A DNA stretch of 64,000 nt from positions 12,281,423 to 12,345,422 of the forward strand of contig NC_083409.1 in the NCBI RefSeq assembly GCF_020745735.1, written 5' to 3'. This DNA comes from Hemiscyllium ocellatum. Its lineage: Eukaryota. Of the stretch, positions 37,401-48,495 are shown one piece after another; the first letter of the stretch is position 1, and each line of letters begins with the position of its first letter. A program made the position numbers and the translations under genes. Under the pieces are notes generated by a model. That model made no database searches. It was not told where the DNA came from and saw nothing but the letters and a program-made list of their open reading frames with translations.

Positions 37401-40400
37401 GCAGGGAGAGAGGGAATGGGGGAGCAGCAGACAGTCCAAAAGGACCAAGCAGCTAGTACAGGAATCCCTTGAGTGCATCCCACTCTCCAACCAGGACTCA
37501 TTTCAGAATCCTGATGAGAATGATGGTTCATCTGGGGAGTGCAGCCAGAGCCAATTCCATGGCACCATGGGGGCTCAGCTGTCCAGGGGGGCACAAGGAA
37601 GACTGGAAGAGCGATAGTAAGAGGAGATTTGAGAGTGAGGGCTATCGATAGGAGTTTCTGCAGCTGCAGATGGGAATCCAGGATGGTGTGTTGTCTCCCT
37701 GGTGCCAGGGTCAAGGATGTGACTGAGCGACTGCACAACACCCTGAGGGGAGCGGGGGGAACAGGCAACAGTCATGGTCCACATCGGTCCCAGTGACAGC
37801 GGGAGAAAAGTGATGTGGTCCTGCAGTCAGAATTTAGGGAGCTCAGGAAGGAATTAGCAGCAGGAACTAAAATGTAGGAATCTCCAGATTATTTCCAGTG
37901 CTCCATGCAAGTGAGAATAGGAACTGGAGGATAAGTCAGGTGACTGTGGGGATGGAGAGAGGATCCAGGAGGGAGGATTTTTGATTGTTGGGACACCAGG
38001 ACTGGGTCTGGGGGAGACGGGACTTGAAGAGAACAGGTGGATTGCTCCTGATCAGAGCTAGGACAGATTTCCTTGTGGGGTAATTTGTTAAGTGTTATTG
38101 GGGAGGATTTAAACTAATTTGGCAGGGCTATGGAAACCAGGATGCAACATCAGAGAGGAACGCCAAGGACTGGGAGGTCATGTTGCGGCTGCACAGGACA
38201 TTGGTGAGGCCACTGTTGGAATATTGCGTGCAATTCTGGTCTCCTTCCTATCGGAAAGATGTTGCAAAACTTGAAAGGGTTCAGAAAAGACTTACAAGGA
38301 TGTTGCCAAGGTTGGAGGATCTGAGCTACTGGGAGAGGCTGAACAGGCTGGGGCTGTTTTCCCTGGAGTGTCGGAGGCTGAGGGGTGACCTTATAGAGGT
38401 TTACAAAATTATGAGAGGCATGGATAGGATAAATAGGCAAAGTCTTTTCCCTGGGGTAGGGGAATCCAGAACTAGAGGGCATAGGTTTAGGGTGTGAGGG
38501 GAAAGATATAAAAGGGGCAACTTTTTCATGCAGAGGGTGGTACATGCATGGAATGAGGTGCCAGAGGATGTGGTGGAGGCTGGTACAATTGCAACATTTA
38601 AGAGGCATTTGGATGGGTATAAGAATAGGAAGGGTTTGGAAGGATATGGGCCAGGTGCTGGCAGGTGGGACTAGATTGGGATGGGATATCTCATCGGCAT
38701 GGATGGGTTGGACCGAAGAGTCTGTTTCTCTCTGACTCTATGAACACAGAATCCTCAGTGCAGTCTATGTTTCACCAACCAGTGGGCTGGATGCAGAGGA
38801 ATAAATCTCCAAGTAACTTACAGAGAAGTGGAACCATTACTGAGTTATTATAATGGGGGACTTTAATTATCTGAATTTAGCCTGTGATTGGAGCAGTGTC
38901 ACAGGCAGATCTTGGCCAGCATTGTGGGAGTGTGTTCAGGTGAATTTTCTCCAGTTGTGTGTTTCCAATCCAATGAGAAAGGAGGCTCTGCTCAGCCTGG
39001 ATTTTGGGAATGAGGAGGCTCAAGTAGATCAAGTGTCAGAGAGAGGACATTTAGGGAAGAGTGATCATTGTATCGCAAAGTTTAGGGAGACAGTGGAAAA
39101 GAACAAAGGCCATTCGGGGGTCAAAATGACCAAATGGGGAAAGCACCAACTTCCATGGAGTAAGGACACATCAGCTCTGAATAATCTAAAGTCAAAGGTT
39201 GGCAAGAAATTCCTGAGGTGAATAATATGGGATATAGATCAGGAACAGTCGAAGTACACTTAAGGGAGGGCAAGCAATTCCTGAGCCCTTTTGAGGGCAG
39301 AAGTGGAAGAATTAAAGTGAATAAAAAGGAGATTTTAAGAAGGGGAGTCGAGACAAACCTGACCAGTGAGCCTTACTTCGGTTGTGGGTAAGTGTTCGAA
39401 AAATTTCTAAGAGATAGGATTTATAATCATCCAGAGAGAAATAAGTTGATTTGGGACACTCAACAAGGTTTTATGAAGGGTAGGTCGTGTCTCACAAACC
39501 TGATTAAGTTCTTTGAGATGGTGACCAAACAGGGGGATGAGGGTAAAGTGGTTGATGTGATGTATATGAATTTCAGTAAGGCATTTGATAAGGTTCCCCA
39601 CGGTAGGGTATTGCACAAAATACAGAGGCATCGGATTGAGGGTGACTTAGTGGTTTGGATCAGACATTGGCTTGCTGAAAGAGGACAGAGGGTGATGGTT
39701 GATGGGAAATGTTCATCCTGCAGTTCAGTTACTAGTGGTGTTACACAAGGATCTGTTTTGGAGTCATTGTTGATTGTCATTTTTATAAATGAGCTTGATG
39801 AGGGTGCAGAAGGATGGGTTAGTAATTTTGCGAATAACACTGAGGTCAGTGTAGTTGTGGATAATGCCGAAGGATATTGTAGATTACACAAGTATATAGA
39901 TAAGCTGCAGAGGCGGTCTGAGAGGTGACAAATGGAGTTTAATGTGGACAAGTGTGAGATGATTCATTTTGGAAAGTGCAACAGGAATAAAGAGTACTGG
40001 GCTAATGGTAAGATTCTTGGTAGTATAGGTGAGCAGAGAGATCTTGGTGTCCATATACATAGATTTGTGAAAGTTGCCACCCAGGTTGATAGGGTTGTTA
40101 AGAAGGCGTAAGGTTTGTATGTTAGCTTTTATTGGCAGAGCGATTGAGTTTTGGAGCCATGAGGTCATGTTGCAGCTGTACAAAACTCTGGTGCGGCCGC
40201 ACTTGGGGTATTGCGTACAATTCTGGTCACAGCATTATTGGGAGGATGTGGAAGCTTTGGAAAGGGTTCAGAGGAGATTGACTAGGATGTTACCTGGTAT
40301 GGAGGAAAGGTCTTATGAGGAAAGGCTAAGGGATTTGAGACTGTTTTCATTAGAGGGAAGAAGGTTGAGAGATGACTTAATTGAGACATACAAGATAATC

Positions 40401-43020
40401 AGAGGATTAGAAAGGGTGGACAGTGAGAGCCTTTTTCCCCAGATGGTGATGGATAGCATGAGGGGACATTACTTCAAATTGAGCGGTGATAAATTTTGGA
40501 CAGATGTCAGGGGTAGCTTCTTTATTCAGAGAGAATTAGGGGAGTGGAATGCACTGCCTGCAACAGTGGTATATTTGCCAACTTTAAGGGCATTGAAATG
40601 GTTATTGGATAAACATGTGGAATGAAAATGGAATAGTGTGGGATAGATAGGCTACAGATTGGTTCCACACCTCAGTGCAACATCGAGGACTGAAGGGCCT
40701 GTACTGTGCTGTAATGTTCTATGTTCTGTGTTCTTTGAATAATAAAAGGGCAAAAGATTAGCTGGGGACTGAATAGCACCCCTTAAGGATAAATGAGGTC
40801 ACATATGTGTGGGCCCAGAGAAGACAGGTGACATCCTAAAGGGATATTTCACGAATATATATACTGGGGAGAAAGACATGAAAGCTTGGGAACTCAGGGA
40901 AATAAATAACAATGTCTTGACAAGAATCCTCATTACAGAAGAGGAGCTCGTAAAATGCATAAATTTGATAAATCTGATCGATGACTCTAAGTGTATCCCA
41001 GGACAATGTGAGAAGCTAGAGAAGAGATTGCTGTATCCCTTGCTGATATATTTGTATTATCAACAGTCATGGGTGAGTTGCTGTCTGATTCGAGGGTGGC
41101 TAATGTTGTGCCATTATTGAGGAAACGCTGCGAGGAAAAGCCAAGGAACTACAGGCCAGTGAGTCTAACACCAGTGGTGTGTAAGTTGTTGGAAGGAATT
41201 CTGAGAGACAGCATCTACATGCATTTGGAAAGGCAAGGACTAATTTGGGATTGTCATCAGTTTTTTTTTGTGGAACCTTGTGCTATTGTTGTTCACTATT
41301 TATATAAATGATTTGTATGTGAAGAAAGGATGAATCATTAGTACATTTGTGGAAGACACCAAAATTGGTGGCATAGTGGACGCTGAAGAAGATTATCTGA
41401 GAGCACAAAGGGATCTTGATCAACTGGGCCATTGGGCGGAGGAATGGCAGATGGAGTTTAATTCAGATAAATGCAAGGTGCTGCTTTTTGGTAAGACAGA
41501 GGAGATGGGTGAGATCTTAAACAAATAATTTGCAGCTGTGTTTACTGTGGAGAATGACATGGAAGCCAGGGAACAGTGGATGTGGACAGTGACAAACCCA
41601 GCATGGGGTTAAGTTGTAAAGTTTCATTTATATCTAACTATGTATATTGGTAGTGGAAGTAGGGTTGAGTGTCTATTATTACATACAACATGTAGTTATG
41701 AATGTGTCAGTACAGGAGGTGGTGCTGTGTGTATTGAGATTTTTTTACAGCTTCTGGGATCTGATCAGGTGTATCCCAGAATACTGTGTGAATCTTGGGA
41801 AGAGATTGCTGGGCCCCTTGCTGAGATATTTGTGTCATTAACAGCCATGGGTGAGGAGCCAGAGAACTGGAGAGGTTGGCTAATGCTGTGCCATTATTTC
41901 AGAAAGGCTGTAAGGAAAAGCCAGGGAAATATAGACCGTTGAGCCTGATGTCAGCGGTGGGTACATTGTTTTGAGGGGATTCTGAGGGATGGAGGTTTTT
42001 TGAAGTAGTGGCAAAGAAGATTGATAAAGGCAGACATTTTCAACATGGACTTCAGCAAAGTATTTCACAAGATTCCACATAGTACACAGGTTAGAAAGGT
42101 TAGATCACATGGGATCCAGGGGTACAATTTGGATATAAAATTAGCTTGAAGATAGGAGACAAAGAATGTTGGCAGGGAGCTAATTTTCAGACTGGGGGTC
42201 TGTGACCAGTGGTATGCCACAAGGATTGATGCTGACTTTTGTAATTTGAAAGCATGATTTGGATGTGAATGTAGGTGTGACAAATCGTGAGTTTACTAAC
42301 TGTATATTATACTATGCAGTATATAGTAAAGAAGATTATTTCAGAGTACAGCAGGACCTTGATCAGATAAGGCAATGGGTGGAGGAGTGGCAGATGTGTT
42401 CAATATAGAGAAAGTGAGATGCTGCATTTCGGAAAGCCAAACCAGGGAGAACCCATACAGTGAATTGTCAGGCCCTGTGGAGTGTTGCTGAGCAAAGGTG
42501 TTGTTCATCTGTTGCCGGGACTGGAGGGTTTGAGCTATCAGGAGAAACCAAAGCTCATTCCAGTAGTGAGGAACGTCAGTGATGAAGGTGGATCGGAGAA
42601 GTCGGGACTGAGTTCCTGAGAGAAGAGAAGGCTGAGAGGAGGTTTGTTCAAGGAATTCAGCATCATGAGGGGTTTGGATCCAGTAAATACGGAGAAAAAA
42701 TTCCCAATCGGGAAAAGGATTGAGTGCGAGAGGCCACAGATTGAAAGTAATTGTTCAAAGAAACAAAAGTAAAATGAGGAAAAAACATTTTCAGCCAGTG
42801 GGTAGTTAAGGTGTGGAATGCACTGCCTGAGAGTGTGGTGGAGGCAGCTTCAATTAAAACATTCTGAAGGGAATGAGACTGTTATTTGAAAAGGAACAAT
42901 GTGCAGGGTGACAGGTAGAAGGCAGGAGAATGACACTCAGTGAATTGCTCATTCAGAGAGCCAGTAGAGACAGGGTGGGCAGAATGGTCTCCTTGTGCAC
43001 TGTAACAGTTCTGTGATTGT
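34500..43020 (+). mobile_element. Pile-up of at least six CR1 fragments filling the J-C3 intron, all on + strand
   Basis: RT/EN/ORF1 fragments at ~35500-37225, 37230-38140, 38150-38745, 39330-40735, 40740-42540 and 42600-43020 (e.g. FSKAFDKVPHG, RPHLGYCVQFWS, CLPGARVKDV). Confidence 0.85.
41579..41753 (+). repeat. Recent 175-bp duplicate of V-J intervening sequence (43989-44163) including the V-RSS nonamer
   Basis: Ungapped alignment at offset 2410 with 3 substitutions; flanked on both sides by old CR1 ORF2 sequence. Confidence 0.95.
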
Positions 43021-43627
43021 GTGATTGAGCAGAGTTAAAGCTGGGGGTGGTGGGAGCTCGGTGTCTCACTGTGCTGCTGCTGCTGCTGCTGCTATTGAGG
43101 TCATTGAGATCAGAGACTGGGACAGGGAGCAAGAGCTCACATCAAACTCGGGTCTGTCACACTGAGACTGGCAGGAGGCTACTCACTGATTTCACTCCAT
43201 GCTGCAGGAATGGGACCACAGGCTGCAAATGGACAGAGCTCCTCCACACAGTGAGTAAAACTTACTGACTGGGGGCAATAGGACGACAGACATACAGCTG
43301 TACACCCTGTTAGATACAGTGCTCCTCAATCAACCATTTCATTCATTGCAGCTCCCCACTAATACCTTCAACAATTGGAGGGTGGTATAATTGCAACATT
43401 TAAGAGGCATTTGGATGGGTATATGAATAGGAAGGGTTTGGAGGAATATGGGCAGTGTGCTGGCAGGTCGGACTAGATTGGATTGGGATATCTAGTCAGC
43501 ATGGAAGTGTTGGACCAAAGGGTCTGTTTCCATGCTGTGCGTCGCTATGACTTTATGACTCTACAATTCAGCATTTGTGTTTTAGAAAGTTTCAGTGCTT
43601 AATAACGAAGGATTGAGGTTTACTTAC

Positions 43628-43662
43628 TCAGTCTGAGCTTGGTTCCTTTACTGAATGTGTAC
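43628..43662 (-). pseudogene. IGKJ: Ig kappa-type J segment (YTFSKGTKLRL), FGxG altered to FSKG
   Basis: G TAC ACA TTC AGT AAA GGA ACC AAG CTC AGA CTG A|GTAAGT: 35 nt, phase-1 consensus donor. Confidence 0.93.
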
Positions 43663-43701
43663 CACAGTGAGAGCTCCCAGTGTAGAAGCTGTAGAAAAAC
43701 C
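43663..43701 (-). other. J recombination signal, 23-bp spacer, near consensus
   Basis: GGTTTTTCT-acagcttctacactgggagctct(23)-CACTGTG immediately 5' of the J coding segment. Confidence 0.95.
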
Positions 43702-44147
43702 TCTGCTCTCTGCTTCCCTTCATCACTCTCACCCTCTCCCTGTCTGTGTCTCATTCACCCTCAGACTCTCCCTGCCTCTCTCTGTCTCTTCCTCATTCAT
43801 GTCTTTCTCCCTCTCTGTTTCACTCATTCTGTTTTTCTCGATGAGATGTGTCCAGCTGCACTCGGGCGATTTGTGAACTTTATTTTTCGATGTTAAATCT
43901 TGCAGCTGTTCTTCACATGTGGCCATGGAGTGTAAAAGGGAAGCTTGAGGCCTTCAGTGAGTCGTGTACAGCACAGAGACTGGAGTGTGATGTGGACAGT
44001 GACAAACCCAGCATGGGGTTAATTTGTAAAGTTTCATTTATATCTAACTATGTGTATTGGTAGTGGAAGTAGGGTTGAGTGTCTATTATTACATACAACA
44101 TGTAGTTATGAATGTGTCAGTACAGGAGGTGGTGCTGTGTGTATTGA

Positions 44148-44175
44148 GATTTTTTTACGGCTTTGTATCACTGGG
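44148..44175 (-). other. V recombination signal, 12-bp spacer, defective
   Basis: CCCAGTG-atacaaagccgt-AAAAAAATC directly after the V coding end, versus consensus CACAGTG-N12-ACAAAAACC. The essential CAC is CCC. Confidence 0.9.
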
Positions 44176-44461
44176 AAGGCCTGGTGTAACGCTGCTGACA
44201 GTAATAGTCAGCGACATCCTCATTCTGAACGCTGCTGATTGTCAGGGTGAAACTGATCCCTGATCCACTGCCGGTGAATCGATCGGAGACTCCTGTGAAT
44301 CGAGTTGCTGCATTGTAGATCAGGAGAGAGGGTTTCTGACCTTCTCGCTGCTGGTACCAAGCAAGGTAAGTGATAATGTCTTCACTGGCTGTACAGGTGA
44401 TGGTTGCAGTCTGGCCCCGTCCCACCGACAGACTGGCTCATGATGATGTCCCCGTTGATAC
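44176..44461 (-). pseudogene. IGKV: Ig kappa-type V exon, frameshifted in FR1
   Basis: Leader frame reads [11 protein letters not shown] then shifts and stops at 44382. The second frame gives [36 protein letters not shown]...[14 protein letters not shown] with Cys23, Trp35 and Cys88 intact. Only 55 nt separate D1 from the first Cys codon versus 66 expected, implying an 11-nt deletion at 44429/44430. Confidence 0.95.
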
Positions 44462-44647
44462 CTGAGAGGTCAGAGAGAAACACAGTGAAGTCAGAACTGT
44501 CATAGATAGAGCCTGCCAAATGAGAGATTGTTGGAGACACTGAGCATTCCTCTGGTTTCAGCATTTTCCCTTCAATCACAAGTCAGTGGAATTGGAGTTA
44601 AATGGAGAGCAGCTAAAGATTCAAGGTGGAAGGAGAGAGATTTGTAC

Positions 44648-44696
44648 CTGCGACACAGAATGCCAGGGGCCAGATCAGCTGGATGTGTGAAATCAT
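44648..44696 (-). pseudogene. IGKV: Ig kappa-type light-chain leader exon (MISHIQLIWPLAFCVA-G)
   Basis: Reverse complement reads ATGATTTCACACATCCAGCTGATCTGGCCCCTGGCATTCTGTGTCGCAG|GTACAA: 16 hydrophobic codons + 1 nt, then a GT donor. A 186-bp intron leads to the acceptor ctctcag| at 44462-44463. Confidence 0.93.
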
Positions 44697-44755
44697 GGTG
44701 TGTGCTCCTGTCCCTGTGCCTGGTTCCTGATAAACTCTCCCTTCACTGGGTTCTG

Positions 44756-44810
44756 CTTTATAAAGCTGCAGCCTGTGAGAGTCTGACTGGGTGTTCCTCA
44801 GTATGTAAAT
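44756..44810 (-). promoter_or_regulatory. V promoter: TATA box and one-mismatch octamer
   Basis: TATAAA at 44757-44762 (~60 bp upstream of ATG). ATTTACAT at 44803-44810 versus the Ig light-chain octamer ATTTGCAT, ~107 bp upstream of ATG. Confidence 0.75.
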
Positions 44811-45859
44811 GGCATCAGGCAGGGAGAGCCATGTCAGTACCTCATATTTCCTCTTCTCTCTCTCTCTCTCTCTCTCCGCTTCTCTCTCTCTGTCTCAGAG
44901 AGGCATTGATGTGAACAGCACTGAATGAGACCATTTGGCCCATTGTGTCTGTGCTGGTAAACAAAGATCTGATGACACTAATCCCATCCTCCAGCTCTTG
45001 GCCCATTACCCTGGAGGCAACAGCAACACAAGGGAATATCTAAACACTGCCCCAATGTCTCGAGAGTTTGTGACTCAACCAGCCTTTCAGACAGTGAGTT
45101 GCAGACTCCCACCACCCTCTGGGTGTAAACATTTCTCCTCAACTCTACTCACACTCTCCAACTTGACTGGGCCTGGACTCACTGAAGTTTAGAAGGATGA
45201 GAGGGGATCTGATTGAAATGTATAAAATTCCAACAGGGCTGGGCAGGGAGGAGGTGTCCCCTGGGTGGGGAGTCTGGAACCAGGGGACACAGTCTCAGGA
45301 GGATACAGGGTAGACCATTTTGGACTGAGATGAGGAAACATTTCTTCACTCAGAGAGTGGTCGACCTGTGGAATTCTCTACCACTGAAGGCTGTGGAGGA
45401 TAAGAAACTGAATATATCCAAGAAAAAGAGAGAGATAATTGTTCTGCATTTTAACAGCATGAAGGGAATGGGGGAAAAGCAGGAATATGGTTTTGAGAGC
45501 GCGGATCAGTCACGATTATAGTGAATGACAGAGCAGACTCAAAGGGCGAATGGCCTATTCCTGCTCCTAGTTTCTCCGTGTTCATGTCTGTGTTACCTTC
45601 AATCTCTGTCCCTGGTTATTGATTCCTTTACTCATGTAAAAAGTGCCTTCCTACCCACTGTATCACTGCCCCAAATAATTTTATAACTCTCTACGAGGTT
45701 CCCTCTCAACCTTCACTGCTCCAAGGAAAACAACCCCAGTCCTTCCAATCGCCCCTCATAGCTGGCCCTCCAGCCCAGGCAGCATCCTGGTAAATCTCTG
45801 CCCCCTCTCAAGTACAATCACATCCTTCCTAGAATGTGGTGACCAAGAACCTGTCCATT

Positions 45860-46420
45860 TGTCTTTCTCTCTTTCTCTGTCTCATAGCCACTTTCTACAA
45901 CTCACTCACACTTCCACATTTCATCAGATAATCTCTCTGTCTCCATCGCTCACTCCATCTCTCACTTCAATTGAATACCTCCAAATGTTAACTACCCCTT
46001 TTTATTCCTCCCTCTGTCTCTCTCTCTCTCTCCCTCCCTCTCTCTCTGCATCCCAATCTAAAGTCTCTCTCCCTCCCTCTCTGAGATTCTGTCTCTAACC
46101 ATACTCATGTCTCTCTCTCTCTGTCTGTCTCTCTCTCTCTCTCACACGCAACCCTACCTTGTCTCTCCTAATTCCCTTCACTCTTGGTATCACACCCATC
46201 CTGTCTCTTTCTCTCTCTCCATCCCTCTCAGTCACATCTTGTTCTCTCTCGTTATCCCTCAACCTCACCATTTCTACCTCCCTCTACCTCGCTCTTGGTC
46301 CCCTCAAATATCTCAAATGTCTCAGATGCTCCTCCTTCCACCCCTTGATCTCTCTCTCTATCTCTCTCTCTCTCTACCTCTCTGCTTGTCTCGCTTCTCT
46401 CTCTGTGTCAGTGTCCCGGG
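45860..46420 (+). repeat. (TC)n-rich low-complexity tract; others at 43730-43830, 44850-44895, 56281-56322, (GA)n 62640-62780, (GCT)n 43072-43093
   Basis: Directly visible simple repeats. Confidence 0.9.
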
Positions 46421-46879
46421 TAGTGAGAGTTGAATTCACGATAAATTTCCCTCTGCTCTGCCCCACTAATGGATGCTAACCCTTCACCCCTGCCTGGAGT
46501 GAGGCCTCATTTCCCACATTCACCAGGGTTTGACCTCTCTCAGGAAGACTGAGAGATTCTTGTCAAATGAAGGGCAGTTCTGTGCTGTTGGCCTATTCTC
46601 ACTGGGGACTAGTTTGGACACAAACCTTATTCCATGAAGGCCCAGCAGAGAGAGGAGATCCTCAGGCCATCAGTGTCAGTTGGAGGGATAGGACAGGCTC
46701 TGACCCACTGACCCATCCTGTCCATTCACAACATGGTCCAATCCTTTCCCCTTTCCTTCCCCTTCCATGATCAGTCTTTAAGTCAGACTATTTGACTGGG
46801 ATTATGGTCAGAGCATCACACAGTTACAACAGAATGGAACTGAACCCCACACGCACCATGGTGTCCATGATGCACTGGA

Positions 46880-47250
46880 CACTCCAGCAGAGCCCAGTAA
46901 ACATGGACTTCACTTCACGGAGCTGCCCAATGGAGAGACATGGGCCTCCTTCCCATTGAACCTCCCAAAAGAGACCAGTAAACATGGGCTTCCTTCCCAT
47001 TCAATCTCCCAACAGAGTCCAGTAAACATAGAATTCCATTCACAGGACTGACCAATGGAGAGACATGGGCCTCCTTCTCACTGAATTGAGACCAGTAAGC
47101 ATGGGCCTCCTTCCTGTTGGATCCTCCAATACAGACCACTAAACATTGGTTTCCTTCCTACTGTACTCTCCAAGAGAGACCAGTAAACATGGACCTCCTT
47201 CTGACTGGATCCTCCAATAGAGACCAGTAAACATGGGCCCCCTATTCACT
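46880..47250 (+). repeat. ~43-44-bp minisatellite (continues 48510-48640)
   Basis: Unit agagaccagtaaacatgggcctccttcccactggatcctccaat, degenerate. Confidence 0.85.
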
Positions 47251-48495
47251 GGAGTTTCCGATGGAGACGAGTAGATGACTGAGTTTTTGAAGAAGTAATC
47301 AAGAAGGTAGATAAAGGTAGAGCAGTACACTTTGGCTACATGGGCTTTAGCAAGGCCTTAGACAAGGTTCCCTATGGTAGACTGCTCAGTAAGATTATAT
47401 CATAGAGGATCCAGGGAGAGCTCACCAATTGGATATAAAATTGGCCTGATGGTAGGAGGCTGAGGCTGGTGAGAGAGGGTTGTTCTTCAGACTGGAGGCC
47501 AGTGACCAACTGTCTGTCACAAGAATCGATCCTGGATCCACTGTTGTTCATCATTTACATGAACAATTTGGATGAGAAAATAGCAGGAATAGGTCAGGAA
47601 GTTTGTGGCTGACATTAAAATTGTTGGCATTGTAGCAGGGAAGAAGGTTATCTAAGAGTGCAATGTCATCTTGATCAACTGGGCCAGTGGGTCAAGAAAT
47701 CCAGATGGAGTTTAATTCCGATAAATGGAAGGAGTTGCATTTTGGTAAGACAAAACAGGGCAGGAATTACACAATTAATGGTAGAGCCATGGGGAGTGTT
47801 GTTGAACAGAGAGACTGAGGGGTACAGGTACCTAATTCCTTGGAAGTGGTGTCACAGGTAGACAGGGTGGTGAAGAAGGTATTTGGCACGCTCACTTTCA
47901 CTGGTCAAATCAGGGAGTACAGGAGCTGTACAAGGCATTGGGAAGGCCACATTTGGACACAGTGTGCATTTCTGCTCACCCTTCCAAAGGAAGGAAGTTA
48001 TTACACTGGTTTGGATAAAAGAAAGATGAACAGGGATGTTATCAAGATTGGAGGGTTTGAATGACAAGACGAGGATGAATAGGCCGAGATGTTTTTCCAG
48101 GAAATTCAGGAGATTAAGGGGTGACCTTATAGAGGTTTATAGAATCATGAGGGTCAAAGCTAAAGTGAATAGCCAAAGTCTTTTCCCCAGGGTAGGAGAG
48201 TCCAGTACGAAAAGGAATAGGTTAAAGGAATAGGGGAAAGAATTAGAAGGAAACTGAGGGGCAACATTTTCACTCAGAGGTTAGTGTGTATGTGTAATGA
48301 GCTGCCAGAGGAAATGGGAGAGGTGAGTACAATTACTACATTTCAAGGACATTTTTACAGGAACATGGATAGGAAGGATTTAGAGAGGATTGGGCCAAAC
48401 ACAGGCAAATGGGACTAGTTCAGTTTTGGATACTTGGTCGGCATGGATGAGTTGAGCTGAAGGGCCTGATCCCATGCTGTAAATCTGTGATAATA
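47250..48495 (+). mobile_element. Decayed CR1 RT fragment splitting a minisatellite
   Basis: FSKALDKVP-like, RLRGDLIEVYRIM, CR1 3' tail. Minisatellite units lie on both sides. Confidence 0.85.

Noticed and set aside
43050-43275. Heptamers CACTGTG (43067) and CACAGTG (~43247) as extra RSSs
   Set aside because: No nonamer at 12 or 23 bp and no coding segment adjacent.
45859-46479. Ser/Leu-rich ORFs; similarly 62588-62923
   Set aside because: Dinucleotide microsatellite translations.
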